DNA of 64,000 nucleotides. Origin: Candidatus Fibrimonadales bacterium (GTDB taxonomy: Bacteria > Fibrobacterota > Fibrobacteria > Fibrobacterales > Fibrobacteraceae). The stretch spans positions 8,061 through 72,060 of the forward strand of contig WQTK01000339.1 of the NCBI GenBank assembly GCA_009786285.1. Reading direction: 5' to 3'. Below are positions 39,503 through 49,369 of this stretch, piece by piece. Position numbers and translations under genes: made by a program. The notes under the pieces are model-generated. The model was given only the letters and a program-made list of their open reading frames with translations, was not told where the DNA came from and did no database searches. Each line of letters begins with the position of its first letter. Position 1 is the stretch's first letter.

Positions 39503-39844
39503 ATGCTGAAATATATATTTGGAAATGCGACTGCTGAGAAAGTTTTACTCCATGTTTACCACTATGGTAGCGTACATTCTGCTGCCATAGCAGAAGATTA
39601 CAAAACTAGCGTAACTCCGGTTGCCAACCAACTAGAGCGCTTTGAAAAGGCAAATATTCTAGTGTCTAAAGCAGTGGGCAGAGCCAGATTATTTTCGTTT
39701 AATTTAAAATCTCCTTTTGTAAAACCAATCAAAGAATTGCTAAAAATAACCTATGAGTCCATTCCTCTAAAAGAAAGAGAAACTATTTTCAAAACCAGAC
39801 GAAGACCCAGACAAAAAGGAAAACCAGTAATCTATGGAATTTAG
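39503..39844 (+). CDS. winged-helix DNA-binding protein (antitoxin-like)
   Basis: AAIAEDYKTSVTPVANQLERFEKANILVSKAVGRARLFS is wHTH-like. It overlaps the next gene by 11 nt. Confidence 0.5.
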   Translation: MLKYIFGNATAEKVLLHVYHYGSVHSAAIAEDYKTSVTPVANQLERFEKANILVSKAVGRARLFSFNLKSPFVKPIKELLKITYESIPLKERETIFKTRRRPRQKGKPVIYGI

Positions 39845-40400
39845 CACCTGCACTGAACGGAAATTGTGGCAATATGTGGCATCAGAACTGAGCAAAGCGG
39901 GTATAGAGACTGTACTTGTAGGTGGAGCAGTAGTTGCGGTTTATTCAAAAGGAGTTTATCGTTCCGGCGATTTGGATATTGTAGTTAATAGCTACATTCA
40001 AAACGACAAATTAATTGCAAGAATTATGCAAAATATTGGTTTTATAAAAGAAGGCAGACATTGGAAAAGAAATGACTGCAAGCATCTTTTTATAGAGTTT
40101 ATAAAACCGCCAATAGCCATAGGTAACGACTATGAAATTAAACCGAATAAGATGTTAGTAAATGAACAAGAACTTTTTATTTTACATCCAAGAGATTGCG
40201 TACGGGATAGATTATCCAGCTATGTTTATTTTGCATCCGCAGAATGCCTAGATCAGGCAGCTTTGGTAGCGATAGCTGAAAATGTAGATTTGAATGAATT
40301 GCAGAAATGGAGCAAAAACGAAGGTCCAGAAATGATAAAAGCTCTGAAAGAATTAAAACAGAGGGTAAAATCTATGCAATCACAATCAACTAAAAAGTAG
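39834..40400 (+). CDS. nucleotidyltransferase-fold protein
   Basis: LVGGAVVAVY...RSGDLDIVV is an NTase motif. Confidence 0.5.
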   Translation: MEFSTCTERKLWQYVASELSKAGIETVLVGGAVVAVYSKGVYRSGDLDIVVNSYIQNDKLIARIMQNIGFIKEGRHWKRNDCKHLFIEFIKPPIAIGNDYEIKPNKMLVNEQELFILHPRDCVRDRLSSYVYFASAECLDQAALVAIAENVDLNELQKWSKNEGPEMIKALKELKQRVKSMQSQSTKK

Positions 40401-40513
40401 TTTATATAAACTAAAAATTAGGTTTTTCATTCCAATTTGCATATCCAGTATATTGCTTGAATTTGTTGCTTTATTATTCATTAACATTATGGCTTAATAT
40501 AGTAATTTAATAG

Positions 40514-40999
40514 CTATGAAAAAGAAAGAATTTTCTCCCACAATTTCATAAATTCCGGCTTGCCTTGCTGCGCTCTGTTTGCAGGGCTTGTGGATGGAAG
40601 ATAAATGGAATTTTGGCCGGCTTCTTTTGCGCATAGTTTTTGAAACAGTTCGGTTGCTTTTTTGCCATTGGTGAAAATTGCGGAAATTTTGCTTTTTGAG
40701 AGTATTGGTTGAAATTTATTTGGAACAGGACTTCGAATAGTGTTGTCGTCTGCGCCGGTTATTTCGCATGAATGCAGAACATCCCACAAGGCTAGATTGC
40801 GTTCAAGGATAAAGTTGCGTTTTGATTCGGGGTCTGGGTTGGGCGGCGGGCAATTGAAGAGTTCGGACAAAGTTTTCCAGAATCTGTTTTGCGGGTGGCC
40901 ATAGTAATAGTTTACTCTGGATGCAGGCGAAGGAAAAGAACCCAAAATTAAAACACGGGAGTCTGCGTTGAAGATTGGCGGAAAGGGATGTGTTATAAA
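40514..40999 (-). CDS. DNA-deoxyinosine (hypoxanthine) glycosylase-like, UDG superfamily
   Basis: HPFPPIFNADSRVLILGSFPSPAS...YYGHPQNRFW. The only canonical start is the TTG at 40945, inside the conserved region. The frame is open up to the map stop codon. Confidence 0.6.
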   Translation of the reverse strand, partial: FITHPFPPIFNADSRVLILGSFPSPASRVNYYYGHPQNRFWKTLSELFNCPPPNPDPESKRNFILERNLALWDVLHSCEITGADDNTIRSPVPNKFQPILSKSKISAIFTNGKKATELFQKLCAKEAGQNSIYLPSTSPANRAQQGKPEFMKLWEKILSFS

Positions 41000-41758
41000 T
41001 CACCTCGCCAAGGTCAAAATTTCAACCCCGTGAGGGGTTATGGCTATGGTGTGCTCCCACTGGGCAGAGAGCTTTCCGTCTGCCGTCACCGCAGTCCACT
41101 TGTCCGCAAGAAGCCTGGTTTTGTGAATGCCCTCGTTTATCATAGGCTCAATGGTGAAAACCATGCCTTGCTCAATCTTAGGACCGGGAAGCATCTGGCG
41201 ATAATGAAGAACCAAAGGATTTTCATGGAAACTCCTGCCAATGCCATGCCCGCAATAGTCACGCACAACGCTAAAACCATGCTCCTCGGTTATCCCGCTT
41301 ATTATTGCGCCAATATCGCTAAAACGAGCGTTTGAAAGCCCGCAAACTCTTATGCCCTCAAAAAGGCACTCGCGAGACACAGCCACCAACTCGCTTGCAT
41401 TTGGCTTTGGCTCGCCCACAAAAAAAGTCTCGCTTGAATCCGCATGGTAACCGTTTAAAATTGAAGTGATGTCCACATTGATAATATCACTGTTTTTTAG
41501 AACATAAGAGCTTGGAATTCCATGAGTTACAACTTCATTAACACTTGTGCAAACGCTTTTTGGAAAACCGTTATAACCAAGGCACGCAGGAATAGCGCCG
41601 TTTTTAAGCGTGAATTCCTTGACAAAATTATCTATTTCCTGCGTTGTTACCCCCGGCTTGCACATTTCACCAGCTCTAGCCAGCGTTTCTGCGACAAGAG
41701 CGCCGCAATCCCTGATTCTTTCTATTTCTTTTTGCGTTTTTATCAAAATCTTAGGCAT
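41000..41758 (-). CDS. map: type I methionine aminopeptidase
   Basis: VCTSVNEVVTHGIP, DITS..NGYHADS, GHGIGRSFHE and the EP/EH metal ligands. Confidence 0.95.
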   Translation of the reverse strand: MPKILIKTQKEIERIRDCGALVAETLARAGEMCKPGVTTQEIDNFVKEFTLKNGAIPACLGYNGFPKSVCTSVNEVVTHGIPSSYVLKNSDIINVDITSILNGYHADSSETFFVGEPKPNASELVAVSRECLFEGIRVCGLSNARFSDIGAIISGITEEHGFSVVRDYCGHGIGRSFHENPLVLHYRQMLPGPKIEQGMVFTIEPMINEGIHKTRLLADKWTAVTADGKLSAQWEHTIAITPHGVEILTLAR

Positions 41759-42784
41759 TCATCTCTCTCCCCTGTTCCTTGCGGCAACCTCTTTGTAGCG
41801 ATTGTGTTCCGCAAGAGTTTTGCCGAAAAAGTGTTCTTTGGAGCCATCGTCTTTTGCAACGAAATAAAGATACTGGGTTGTATCGGGGAAAAGCACGGCT
41901 TCTATTGCCAAGCGTCCGGGATTCGATATAGGGCCGGGCATTAAACCTGTGAATTTGCGAGTGTTGTAAGGATTGTTGCTCGCAAGCTGGCTTTTGTAAA
42001 TTGGGCCTGTTAGATTGCGAAACACAAAACGCACGGTTGGATCTGCGCCGAGTGGCATTCCTATTCTAAAGCGATTCATAAACACGCCTGCTATAAGGCT
42101 GCGTTCCTGCGGAAGCCCGGTTTCCTCTTCCACCACGCTTGCCATTGTCAAAACCTTGTGCCAATCACCAAGCTCCTTCCAAACAGGGCTGTTCAATGCT
42201 TGCAGCTCGTCTTTGAGTTTCAAATTCGCGCGCGCCAAAATTTTTATCGCGCCCTGCTCATCCGTGCCATAAGGGAAATTATAAGTATCCGGAAGCAAAT
42301 AGCCCTCCAAGTCTTTGGCTTTTATGCCAAGGGAGTTCGCAAATGCTTCGCTGTGCATTAAGCTGTCGAGTTTTGCGCTGTCTAGTTTGAACGGTGAGTT
42401 CGCAAATATTCCGGCTATTTCCCAAGTTGCCCTGCCCTCCGGTATGGTAACTTTTCTGCTTGCAGTTTTGCCTGAGCTGAGTAGCTCTGCGATTTGCTCA
42501 AAGCCAAGCCCCACAGGAATTTCGTACCAGCCGGTTTTAAAATTCGCCTTGCCCGAATGGAAAAAACACCACCATTTGAAAGACCTTGCGCTTTCTATAA
42601 TGCTTGCTTTTTGCAAAAGGCTGCTGACCTGCCCGGTTCCATAACCCTTGGGAATTTCCAAAAGAATTGGCTCTTTTAACGGCGAAGGCTTTTGCCACTG
42701 TGTGTAAATATACACTACGGTGCCAAGCCCTAGGCCAACAAAAGCAAAGAGCGATATAATAAAACAGGCACGTATAATTTTCAT
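41759..42784 (-). CDS. mltG: endolytic murein transglycosylase (YceG family)
   Basis: An N-terminal TM helix, then ASVVEEE, GADPTVRF and NPYNTRKFTGLMPGPISNPG. Confidence 0.9.
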   Translation of the reverse strand: MKIIRACFIISLFAFVGLGLGTVVYIYTQWQKPSPLKEPILLEIPKGYGTGQVSSLLQKASIIESARSFKWWCFFHSGKANFKTGWYEIPVGLGFEQIAELLSSGKTASRKVTIPEGRATWEIAGIFANSPFKLDSAKLDSLMHSEAFANSLGIKAKDLEGYLLPDTYNFPYGTDEQGAIKILARANLKLKDELQALNSPVWKELGDWHKVLTMASVVEEETGLPQERSLIAGVFMNRFRIGMPLGADPTVRFVFRNLTGPIYKSQLASNNPYNTRKFTGLMPGPISNPGRLAIEAVLFPDTTQYLYFVAKDDGSKEHFFGKTLAEHNRYKEVAARNRGER

Positions 42785-42822
42785 TTAACTAAAGAGAATT
42801 TAGAAATTTCTAGATTCTTTTT

Positions 42823-43836
42823 ATGCAACCACAAGAACTCTACAGCAAGCTGCGCTCCGTGCGGAATGGAACGGTGCTTTGCCAATATTCAATGGAAAAT
42901 TGCGAAAAATTAACCGTTTTGATAAACGAAATCAATGAATTGAAAAAAGAAAAGGACGCAGTGATCCTTGCACATAGCTACGTTGCGCCGGAAATCACAT
43001 TTGGCGTGGCAGACTACAGCGGAGATTCTTACCAACTGAGCAAAAATGCCATGGAAACGCCAGCGCAAACCATAATTTTCGCAGCGGTGGAATTTATGGG
43101 CGAAACAGCGAAAATTCTAAATCCCGGCAAAAGAGTGCTTGTTCCCGGCGCAAACCTGGGGTGCAGCCTCGCAGAAAGCATAACGGGGCAGCAGGTGAAA
43201 AAACTCAGGGAGCAATACAAAGAACACTCATTCGCATGCTACATAAACACAACGGCAGAAGTAAAAGCCCAGTGCGATGTTTGCGTTACAAGCTCAAATG
43301 TCGTTAAAATAATAAGCAAAATTCCAAACGACAAAATAGTGTTTTTGCCGGACAAGCTGATGGGTGAAAATCTGAAAACGGAACTTGAAAAGGCAGGCGT
43401 GAAAAAAGAGCTTGTACTGCACACCGGCACTTGCTATGTCCATGAGCAATACGACCCTGACTTGGTGAAATATTTCAGAATGCAAAACGAAGGGCTTCGC
43501 ATTGTGAGCCACCCTGAATGCCACCCGGACGTTGCCAAGCAAAGCGACTTTGTAGGCAGCACAAGCCAAATGCTGGACTATGTAAGCAAGCTACCGGAAG
43601 AAGCTCCCATTTTGCTATTAACCGAATGCGGCTTAAGCGCAAGGCTCCAAGCCGAATTTCCCAATCGTCAATTCATAGGCAGTTGCAGTCTTTGCAAATA
43701 CATGAAAAGCAACTCTTTGGAAAATATTTTGCAAACGTTAAAAGAACCGCTCAAAGCGAAGGAGATTAAGCTTGACCCCCTCGTTTTGAATGCGGCAAAA
43801 CTCTGCATTGAAAATATGTTTAAATATGGCGGCTAG
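42823..43836 (+). CDS. nadA: quinolinate synthase
   Basis: ILAHSYV, GDSYQLS, YINTTAEVKA, HPEC and the CxxC-containing C-terminus. Confidence 0.9.
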   Translation: MQPQELYSKLRSVRNGTVLCQYSMENCEKLTVLINEINELKKEKDAVILAHSYVAPEITFGVADYSGDSYQLSKNAMETPAQTIIFAAVEFMGETAKILNPGKRVLVPGANLGCSLAESITGQQVKKLREQYKEHSFACYINTTAEVKAQCDVCVTSSNVVKIISKIPNDKIVFLPDKLMGENLKTELEKAGVKKELVLHTGTCYVHEQYDPDLVKYFRMQNEGLRIVSHPECHPDVAKQSDFVGSTSQMLDYVSKLPEEAPILLLTECGLSARLQAEFPNRQFIGSCSLCKYMKSNSLENILQTLKEPLKAKEIKLDPLVLNAAKLCIENMFKYGG

Positions 43837-44096
43837 CCTTCAGGCGTCTCGTCATTCAATTTATCTTTCAATTTAGTCTGAAGCTTGGAGACCGAGCCTT
43901 TTACCTTTTCCAAAGCAATGTCTGCAGTCTCTGCGATTTTTTTCTTCATTTTTTGCGAATTGCAGCCGCAATCGCAATCATCTTCGCATTTGCAATCGTC
44001 GCCGCAGCCACAACTGCAGCACTTCTTGTTTTTATAAATATGGAGGCAAGCAGCCGCAGCAGCGGCACCAAGCGCAAAAGGGACAAAAAAAGCCAT
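43833..44096 (-). CDS. small membrane-anchored Cys-cluster protein, hypothetical
   Basis: An N-terminal hydrophobic helix, then CCSCGCGDDCKCEDDCDCGC (9 Cys in 20 residues, counted), then a charged helical tail. Confidence 0.45.
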   Translation of the reverse strand: MAFFVPFALGAAAAAACLHIYKNKKCCSCGCGDDCKCEDDCDCGCNSQKMKKKIAETADIALEKVKGSVSKLQTKLKDKLNDETPEG

Positions 44097-44135
44097 AAGA
44101 ACCTCTTAGTTGAATAGGCCTATAATATAGAAAAT

Positions 44136-46370
44136 TTATTTCAGAGTGAAAAACAGCACAAGCAAAGCGGTCAGGGTAGTTGCCACAGAGCCTATAGCGG
44201 TGACTATCTCAGTCCATTTAGTAGGCTCAGGGGCAGGCATATAAGCCACATATATTTCAGAACCAGGATCAGGGTTTCTTTTTGCATCGCCTGATTTTAT
44301 TTTTTGACCGTTAGCGTAAGTTAAAACGATGCGGTCTTCATCTCCATTTATCGTTAATCCGCCGGCAGCGCTCAAATAATCATCTGTGTCCCAGTCGCTT
44401 CTCCAAAGAATATGCCCCGGACTGGTAACCTCGCCTCTTATATTTACAGTCAGCATTTCAAAAGGAATATAAATAGAATCGTTTGCCTGCAACGCTATAT
44501 CCTTCTCCTTGCCCTGCAAAACTTTTTCAAAATCAAAAGTCACACGGTAATTTAAGTTTGTGACTTCTGTTCCCTGTATATCGCTAGCAAGCGTTTTGCG
44601 GAAAAGCCTTCCGCCTTTTATGTATGCCTCGGGACCCAGGCTTGCAACACGTTCTATAAATTCTTTGAAAGTTTCTCCTCTATGCGCAAGCGAATAAGAA
44701 CCCGGGTTTTTGAATGCGCCGGTTAATGCCACTATTTCATGCTCATAATAAGAATCTTCAATGTTCACAACAACTCTGTCGCCCGGCTCTAAGATTAAAT
44801 CTTTATTGTACTCTATGGACAACCCGTTTTTCAGCGGCACTTTAATCTTTTTAATAGCCTGTTCGCCGGGAATAATTCTCTCTATCACAATTTCTTCTTT
44901 TGAAGCATTCGGTAAAAAACCTCCGCACAAAACTATTAAATCAAGGGCGTTTATGCCTTCTTGCCATTCAAAATTCAGCGTTTTTTTTACATAGCCCGCA
45001 ACGCTGACGGTTCTCCAATTTTTCAGAACTCTGGAATCCAAAACAATTACCTTGTCGTTTGGCAAAAGCTTCAAGCCAAGCGTATTGTCAAAGTCGTCAT
45101 CAAGGTAAGCAAAAGAAGAATCCGGTTTTAACCGCTGCACAATAGCTCTGTTCAAAAAAGCTTCTGAAGACAAGCCGCCTGCGAGAGCTACCGCCTCTTT
45201 AATTCCCATATCGCTTGACCATTTGTAATACCCGGGATAATAAACCGAGCCTACGACTTCAACGGAGTTATTGTTCGGGCGAGTGCTCGGAAAAACAAAA
45301 ATGCTATCGCCGTTTTGCATTTGAAATGTCCCTTTGCCTCCGGCAAAATCTCTTGCTATGCCGGGAGTAAAAATCTCCGGAGCACCGATTTCGTTTATGC
45401 GCCAAAGGCTTATTGTGTGGTCTGTGTTGGGAAGCAAACCGCCAGCAAAAGACAGCAAGTCGCTAAGAGACTCGTTTGCTTTAAGTTCGTAAATTGCCGG
45501 CACTCCTATTGCGCCGTCTGCTTTTACCAGTTTTTCTGCCCTGGGCACAAAAACCAAATCTCCGTCTCGCAAAAGCCCTTCGCCTATTTTTTTGCCTTTT
45601 AAAAGAAAATCATATAAATCTATTTTGGCGGAATCTCCGTTTGCCCTGCGTATAACTATATTTCTAACCGAGCCTATATCGCTAGGCCCTCCGGCTCTGT
45701 ATAAAGCCAAGAACACATTGGCGTTTCCGGGCAAATCATAGCCGCCGGGCCTTTGAACAAGACCCATCACGTATACCTTTGTAGGCGATAGTTTTGTGGT
45801 GCGAAGGTTAACGGAAATTCTGCCTTGAGTTATGCCGGAATATACGGTCTGCAACTTTTTTGTAAGCAATTTTTCCGCCTCGCCAAGTGTCAATTTGGTA
45901 ACATTAACAAGCCCAACACCTTCAACAAAAACATTCCCCTGATTATTCACGGACAAAGCCAATTGCCGTTCAACCGCGCCCCAAAGGGAAAGTTCAAGAT
46001 TATCTCCGGGCTTCAAAGGATAGTCCGCAGAAACCATGCCTTGAATTTCATAAAATGTGCTTGGCAGGCTTTGCGAAAAAATTATTTTTTCGTAGCGGTC
46101 AAACTTTTTTGCTTTTAACACAGGATCATCGGCTTTTACAGTTTTGTCAATAGATTCAAATTCCATAACAGGCTGAATTTCCTGAACAGGAAGAGATTTT
46201 TTGGCAATAGAATCTTTTGATTCTTTTAAGAGCATTTCACGTGCGGCAGAAATTTCCGCTGCGGTAACGTTCCCGTGAGCTTGCATTTGGGCAGCTTGCG
46301 CCGAGGTAATGCTTTGAGAAAAAGCAAGGCTTGCCAAAACTAATATAATTAGATAACTCTTATTCTTCAT
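44136..46370 (-). CDS. polysaccharide export protein (Wza-like, with multiple SLBB domains)
   Basis: A signal peptide, the Poly_export motif YPLKPGDNLELSLWG, repeated SLBB-like GDxIxVP units and a C-terminal TM helix. Confidence 0.8.
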   Translation of the reverse strand: MKNKSYLIILVLASLAFSQSITSAQAAQMQAHGNVTAAEISAAREMLLKESKDSIAKKSLPVQEIQPVMEFESIDKTVKADDPVLKAKKFDRYEKIIFSQSLPSTFYEIQGMVSADYPLKPGDNLELSLWGAVERQLALSVNNQGNVFVEGVGLVNVTKLTLGEAEKLLTKKLQTVYSGITQGRISVNLRTTKLSPTKVYVMGLVQRPGGYDLPGNANVFLALYRAGGPSDIGSVRNIVIRRANGDSAKIDLYDFLLKGKKIGEGLLRDGDLVFVPRAEKLVKADGAIGVPAIYELKANESLSDLLSFAGGLLPNTDHTISLWRINEIGAPEIFTPGIARDFAGGKGTFQMQNGDSIFVFPSTRPNNNSVEVVGSVYYPGYYKWSSDMGIKEAVALAGGLSSEAFLNRAIVQRLKPDSSFAYLDDDFDNTLGLKLLPNDKVIVLDSRVLKNWRTVSVAGYVKKTLNFEWQEGINALDLIVLCGGFLPNASKEEIVIERIIPGEQAIKKIKVPLKNGLSIEYNKDLILEPGDRVVVNIEDSYYEHEIVALTGAFKNPGSYSLAHRGETFKEFIERVASLGPEAYIKGGRLFRKTLASDIQGTEVTNLNYRVTFDFEKVLQGKEKDIALQANDSIYIPFEMLTVNIRGEVTSPGHILWRSDWDTDDYLSAAGGLTINGDEDRIVLTYANGQKIKSGDAKRNPDPGSEIYVAYMPAPEPTKWTEIVTAIGSVATTLTALLVLFFTLK

Positions 46371-47010
46371 TATATTCCAAGATTGTATCTATATACTCAT
46401 CGATTTGGTCGGTTTTGGAGTCGAAGTGCTCTATAAGGATTTTTGCGTGCTCTTCTTTGAATATGGTGCGCAAAGGGCGTGCGGCGCGGCCCGAATAACC
46501 CCATTCATGCAGAATTTCATCAGTTAAAACATAAGAATCTTCAAAAGACACAAAACGCATTGTGCCCCAGACTGCCATGCAAACATCCAAGGTTAAAAAT
46601 GAAGGATTTGGATCGTCCAAATGTTGCTGCAAGTGCAGACCCCGGACATCTTTTATCTTATCTATTCTCATATAGCCTATTATCAAGTACTTGTTTTTAT
46701 AATCGGTATTGGAGCCTTCGTAGCGGGTTCCGAAAAAAAGATAGCGCACTTTGCTTCTTATGGCTTTATTTATGTCTTTTGTGTTAGTATATGCGAAAAG
46801 ACCTACTGTGCCGGTCTCATAGTTTGGATCTAAAAAAACTCCGTTTCCATTTTCATTCAACTGGTCGCGAACCGGAACTATGCAATTATGGCTCGTTTCC
46901 GTGTAAATGATTGCTCCACCGAGTTTTCCTCGATAATCCTGCCAACCATCAAAATTAATTTGAGTGCGAATAGTCATTACTGGAATATAGAAAAACTTTT
47001 TCTGCCGCAA
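46360..47010 (-). CDS. hypothetical protein (the alternative start at 46977 is more likely)
   Basis: A long ORF with no motif I recognise. It overlaps the murI 3' end. Confidence 0.4.
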   Translation of the reverse strand: MRQKKFFYIPVMTIRTQINFDGWQDYRGKLGGAIIYTETSHNCIVPVRDQLNENGNGVFLDPNYETGTVGLFAYTNTKDINKAIRSKVRYLFFGTRYEGSNTDYKNKYLIIGYMRIDKIKDVRGLHLQQHLDDPNPSFLTLDVCMAVWGTMRFVSFEDSYVLTDEILHEWGYSGRAARPLRTIFKEEHAKILIEHFDSKTDQIDEYIDTILEYNEE

Positions 47011-47806
47011 TCGGCTTTTCCCAAAAAAAGCTTGCTCCTTTTTCGAAGAAATCGGATGAATCTGTGGTTAAAAAGCGAATTTTGCCGCTTTTTGAGGGAT
47101 TTTTGCTTATTCGGCTGTCTATTTCCGTGTGTTTTGAGAGATATTCCAGAGCTTTTTGGGCTATCACGCCGGCTTGCGAGGCTATTTTTACATTTTCAGG
47201 CAAAATTTTCGCAAAAATGCCTTGCAACAGAGGGTAGTGGGTGCAGGCCAGTATTAGAGTGTCTATGCGAGGGTCTTTTGCTAAAATTTTTTGTGTATAT
47301 TCTTTAACGAACATTTCGGTGGAAGGGTGGTTTATTAAGCCTTTCTCCACTAGAGGCACAAGCATTGGGCAAGGTTCCTGCTCCACTTGCAGGTCTGGCC
47401 AAAATTTTGCTATTTCAATTAAATAGCTGCATGAGGTTATTGTCCCTTCCGTGCCGAGAATGCCTATATGCCCGGTTTTGGTGAGGTTTCCTATTTCTTC
47501 TGCCATTGGGCGTATTATGCCGAGAACTCTGTTGCTTGGAGCTATGAGAGGAAGGTCTTTTTGCTGAATTGTGCGGAGTGCTTTTGCAGATGCGGTGTTG
47601 CAAGCCAGAATTACAAGCGGGCAATTTATTGAAAAGAGAAAACTTACGGCTTCCAGCGTGTAGCGGTATATGCTTTCAAAGCTGCGGCTTCCGTAAGGGG
47701 CACGGGCGTTGTCGCCGAGGTATGCAAAATTATAGCTGGGCAGAACTCTCGCAAGCTCCTTGAGCACAGTCAAGCCGCCAAAACCGGAATCGAATACGCC
47801 TAGCAT
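46955..47806 (-). CDS. murI: glutamate racemase
   Basis: VFDSGFGGLTV, ACNTASA and ILACTHYPLL. Confidence 0.9.
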   Translation of the reverse strand: MLGVFDSGFGGLTVLKELARVLPSYNFAYLGDNARAPYGSRSFESIYRYTLEAVSFLFSINCPLVILACNTASAKALRTIQQKDLPLIAPSNRVLGIIRPMAEEIGNLTKTGHIGILGTEGTITSCSYLIEIAKFWPDLQVEQEPCPMLVPLVEKGLINHPSTEMFVKEYTQKILAKDPRIDTLILACTHYPLLQGIFAKILPENVKIASQAGVIAQKALEYLSKHTEIDSRISKNPSKSGKIRFLTTDSSDFFEKGASFFWEKPIAAEKVFLYSSNDYSHSN

Positions 47807-48345
47807 TATTTCCCCCTCATGCTGTATGGGTGTCCTGTAGCAATGTGATACGCAAAGCGTTCTCTGGCTTTTTCCAAAAAATTTATATACGCCTCGCTTT
47901 TGTAATCCGGGTATGTCCAGTCAAACGGATGAAAATGGCCGTTTTCAAAATAAAGCGTAACTTCTGCGAAAATGCCTTGCCCTAAATAAACTCTGTGCCT
48001 CTGGTCTTTGGTTGTAGCCAAAAAAAACTGGCCAAGAGTCATGTATCCTGGGTCTAAGTTCACTTGTCTGTTCCAAATTTTTTCCATTTCATTGGTTTCC
48101 AGTTTTATTGCAGCGATTGTTTCTCGTTCAATTTTATTTTCAAAAGACAAAAAAGAGCGTAGCGGATTTTCTCCGAGTTCGTCTTTGTAATAGTTTGTGT
48201 GCGCAAAAGGCACGGGCATCATTTCCAGATCAATCTTGCCAAAACGCTCCGCAAGTTTTTGCTTTGCGGCTGCAGCAAGTTCATCGCTTGCGGCGAGAAC
48301 GCCAACAATAAGCCTTACTGGTTGAGGGGTTTTAACGGATCCCAT
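47806..48345 (-). CDS. DUF4416-family protein
   Basis: LDPGYMTLGQFFLATTKDQRHRVYLGQGIFAE...WTYPDY resembles the DUF4416 pattern. This is recalled from memory. Confidence 0.45.
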   Translation of the reverse strand: MGSVKTPQPVRLIVGVLAASDELAAAAKQKLAERFGKIDLEMMPVPFAHTNYYKDELGENPLRSFLSFENKIERETIAAIKLETNEMEKIWNRQVNLDPGYMTLGQFFLATTKDQRHRVYLGQGIFAEVTLYFENGHFHPFDWTYPDYKSEAYINFLEKARERFAYHIATGHPYSMRGK

Positions 48346-48429
48346 GGAAAGAAGGTAGAAATTTATATGCTACCTCTGTAAGCCCTTGATGTTGCAAAAT
48401 AACCCATAATCCTTGCCAAAACAGGATAT

Positions 48430-49005
48430 TTAAAATGCAAAGCCAAACCCAAAGTTAACGTCAACAGACCTAAAGCTAGAACCAGAAGACCCCCCTAATG
48501 CCCAAAAGGGAGCATCATCTCTAGGCAAAGAATCCCATCCATAACCCACTATGCCCACACCCAGATCAATAAATATACCACCCATGTGAGATTTAAATGA
48601 ATATCCAACATAGCCTAGGATATCTATAATTATACCACTAGTAAAGTCGTTTTTAAAGCGATAAACGCCTGGCATTAATTGTAAATAAAACCCATCAGTT
48701 TTATCGTTTATAAAGCGCCGAATGCCAACTCCAGAACCTATCCTAGAATAATAACTACTCTTTGTCTCATCATCTGCCATAGCTCCCAAGTTTTTGGAAT
48801 ATATAAAAGATGGGTTTATGATTATAGAATAAGACCAGTTTAATGGATATTCCACTGTTAAGTAAATAAAAGGTTCTTTTGCCACAGAAGTAAGTATCAA
48901 AGAAGTATGATGTATGTAAACGAAAACTTTATTATTGTCATCATAAGCAAACACAAGTGAGTATAAAAATACGAACGGCAGCAATCTTTTGGTCATTAGG
49001 AGCAA
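48430..49005 (-). CDS. putative outer-membrane beta-barrel protein
   Basis: A signal peptide, Gly/aromatic-rich alternating strands and the C-terminal FGFAF. Confidence 0.4.
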   Translation of the reverse strand: MLLMTKRLLPFVFLYSLVFAYDDNNKVFVYIHHTSLILTSVAKEPFIYLTVEYPLNWSYSIIINPSFIYSKNLGAMADDETKSSYYSRIGSGVGIRRFINDKTDGFYLQLMPGVYRFKNDFTSGIIIDILGYVGYSFKSHMGGIFIDLGVGIVGYGWDSLPRDDAPFWALGGSSGSSFRSVDVNFGFGFAF

Positions 49006-49186
49006 TTTAGAAAATTTAAAAACACAGGAGATGTGTTTGCTCGCAGTGAAAAGAGGTTATTGAGAAGTTGATATATTTGAAGAAGAGTTGCATTTGGTCA
49101 TATATAAAATACACAAACCTTTTGTCCATGATGAGAAAAATCAGGATAGAATGGGAATATGCAGTGGATTGATATTTAGCAAAATA

Positions 49187-49207
49187 GCGACAATGGCTGG
49201 CGTTGTG
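49187..49207 (+). promoter_or_regulatory. operator-like motif, copy A: GCGACAATGGCTGGCGTTGTG, 6 nt upstream of TATATT (49214-49219)
   Basis: Identical to copy B and 19/21 to copy C. It has the quasi-palindrome CGACA-N5-TGGCG. Confidence 0.6.
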
Positions 49208-49250
49208 GCTTTGTATATTCCTCTTTAACATCAACAAGTGAGGTGAAAAG

Positions 49251-49343
49251 ATGGCTAAAGTAGTGAAAATTGAAGATGGCTCTATCACAGTTATGAACGA
49301 ACTGCTTGGTGAGTCGGCTTATAGCATAAAAAATATTTTCTAA
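49251..49343 (+). CDS. possible 30-aa small ORF (MAKVVKIEDGSITVMNELLGESAYSIKNIF)
   Basis: It is preceded by the same leader and GAGGTGA Shine-Dalgarno as the gene at 52795. There is no homology evidence. Confidence 0.3.
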   Translation: MAKVVKIEDGSITVMNELLGESAYSIKNIF

Positions 49344-49369
49344 AATTAACATTTTTCTATTTTCCGTCC

